From NCBI GenBank assembly GCA_002633005.1, contig NMRA01000942.1, positions 3,487-67,486 on the forward strand: DNA of 64,000 nucleotides, written 5' to 3'. This document shows, one piece after another, positions 62,693-64,000 of this stretch. Source of the DNA: Phoronis australis. Its lineage: Eukaryota > Animalia > Phoronida. Both the position numbers and the translations under genes were made by a program. Numbering within the stretch: position 1 is the stretch's first letter; each line of letters starts with the position of its first letter. Below the pieces are notes generated by a model, which was not told the origin of the DNA, ran no database searches, and saw only the letters and a program-made list of their open reading frames with translations.

Positions 62693-64000
62693 GGTTTCAG
62701 GACTGGCTGTCACTAAAGCGAGCTGTCAATTTATACAATCTGGAGACAATTGCGCTTGATCTCACAGCAAACAGTGAACTGATTGATTGCAATTTACAAT
62801 CTCAATTTTCAACATTAACGAATATTCTAGCTTGTACAGCGGAAGAATTTAGGCGTCATTGCCGTTTCCGGGCTCATTCAGTATAATCGGATAATAGAAA
62901 GCAACTTCGCTTAAATTTTCCAAGTGAACTACTGTATCAGTTTAAGAGCAACCGCAGACGGAGATCAACATAGACACGCTCATATGTTAGCCTCAAGTGA
63001 ACTGCCAACTCACGTTGAGACGTGAAGATACCTGAATATACTAGCCGCATTTAGAACAGTTAATTAACTGCAATCATGAATTAACCTAGAGCGTTCATAG
63101 ATAAATAGTGGATTGATGCCGGCAACGTGTATTGTTCCAGCGTTCTTAATAAAGGAGGTACGAACGCTCTTGTGAACTTTTATCACCATCTTGCAAAAGT
63201 TTGATTTTTGATGGAAAACCTAACACATTCAAATTACACATATGAAAGAGATTTGTCATTGATTTATCAAGTTCACTTGCAACATTTTTAATAGGTAATA
63301 AATTTCTCTTTATGATAGTTCCAACTTTCACTACCACGTTATGGTCATTGAAAAGCTATCCCAAAATGTGTATTTTTATGTGAAAAACAAACAAAACCTA
63401 CGTAAACAATGTTTGTAGAATCAGACCGAAGGACATCTAATTTCATTATTTTCAAGTGTGCTTCATTTTATGTCTAACTTGCAGGATAAGCTCAATTTAA
63501 AAGTGAGCTTGAAATGTGAACATTTAAACAGACCACACCCCCGCACCCCAAAAAATCCAGAAGACAAGACGGTTCGAGGATAAAGTGTAAGACTGACGGT
63601 TTCTTCCACAGTGCCATCTGCCGGAGGCAAAGTGGTCACCGTGACTGTCTGACGTATTACGACAACCGACAACATCCGGGTCTACCGACAGAATCCAGAT
63701 CAAAATCACTAACAAGGAGATTCTACAGGTCTGCATTCGTTTGCAATCGAGTAAGGCGCTGAATCTACTCGACTGAATGATTCTCTAGTTGGATCAGAGG
63801 CTTTTTTGGCTTTGCTTGATTTTTTCAGAGAAGCCTCACTCAGTCATGATAAGCTTCAAATATTCCTGTAATTGAAGGAGCACGGTATTCTTGAATATGA
63901 AGTTTAGGCATCCACTATTTTGATCTCAAAAAGACTGAAAACATTACGTGATTTTTGACAAGTGGCAACAAAACTGTACCCTGCTTGTTATGCTAGACAT

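Noticed and set aside
63463-63736. Short ORFs with a hydrophobic start upstream of gene B
   Set aside because: No recognisable domain, homology to the cluster or convincing splice structure.

Overview
Eukaryotic, AT-rich, repeat-dense animal genomic DNA from a heterozygous draft assembly. It looks like a marine invertebrate, but the species cannot be determined from the sequence. The supplied ORF track is mostly noise. Reading splice sites by hand reveals two intact tandem paralogous 8-exon genes on the minus strand: gene A (coding 31856->11048, 318 aa) and gene B (coding 62692->47820, 317 aa). Each encodes a secreted protein: signal peptide + CAP/SCP domain + 35-nt microexon linker + EGF-like domain + C-terminal ShKT (ShK toxin-like) domain, whose last cysteine lies in a 10-nt terminal coding exon. 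A decayed ShKT exon from a third paralog lies between them (~42.7-43.5 kb). Gene A has lost CAP tetrad residues that gene B keeps. Five near-identical tandem duplications abut N gaps and are probably unmerged haplotypes. One exposes two versions of gene A's EGF and ShKT exons whose differences are almost all non-synonymous. The rest is a transposon graveyard: Kolobok-like TTAA elements with THAP remnants, Harbinger-like elements and MITEs, a spliced Sola-like transposase fragment, hAT, SWIM and LINE fragments, tRNA-derived SINEs, a Helitron-like repeat and a 55-bp minisatellite.
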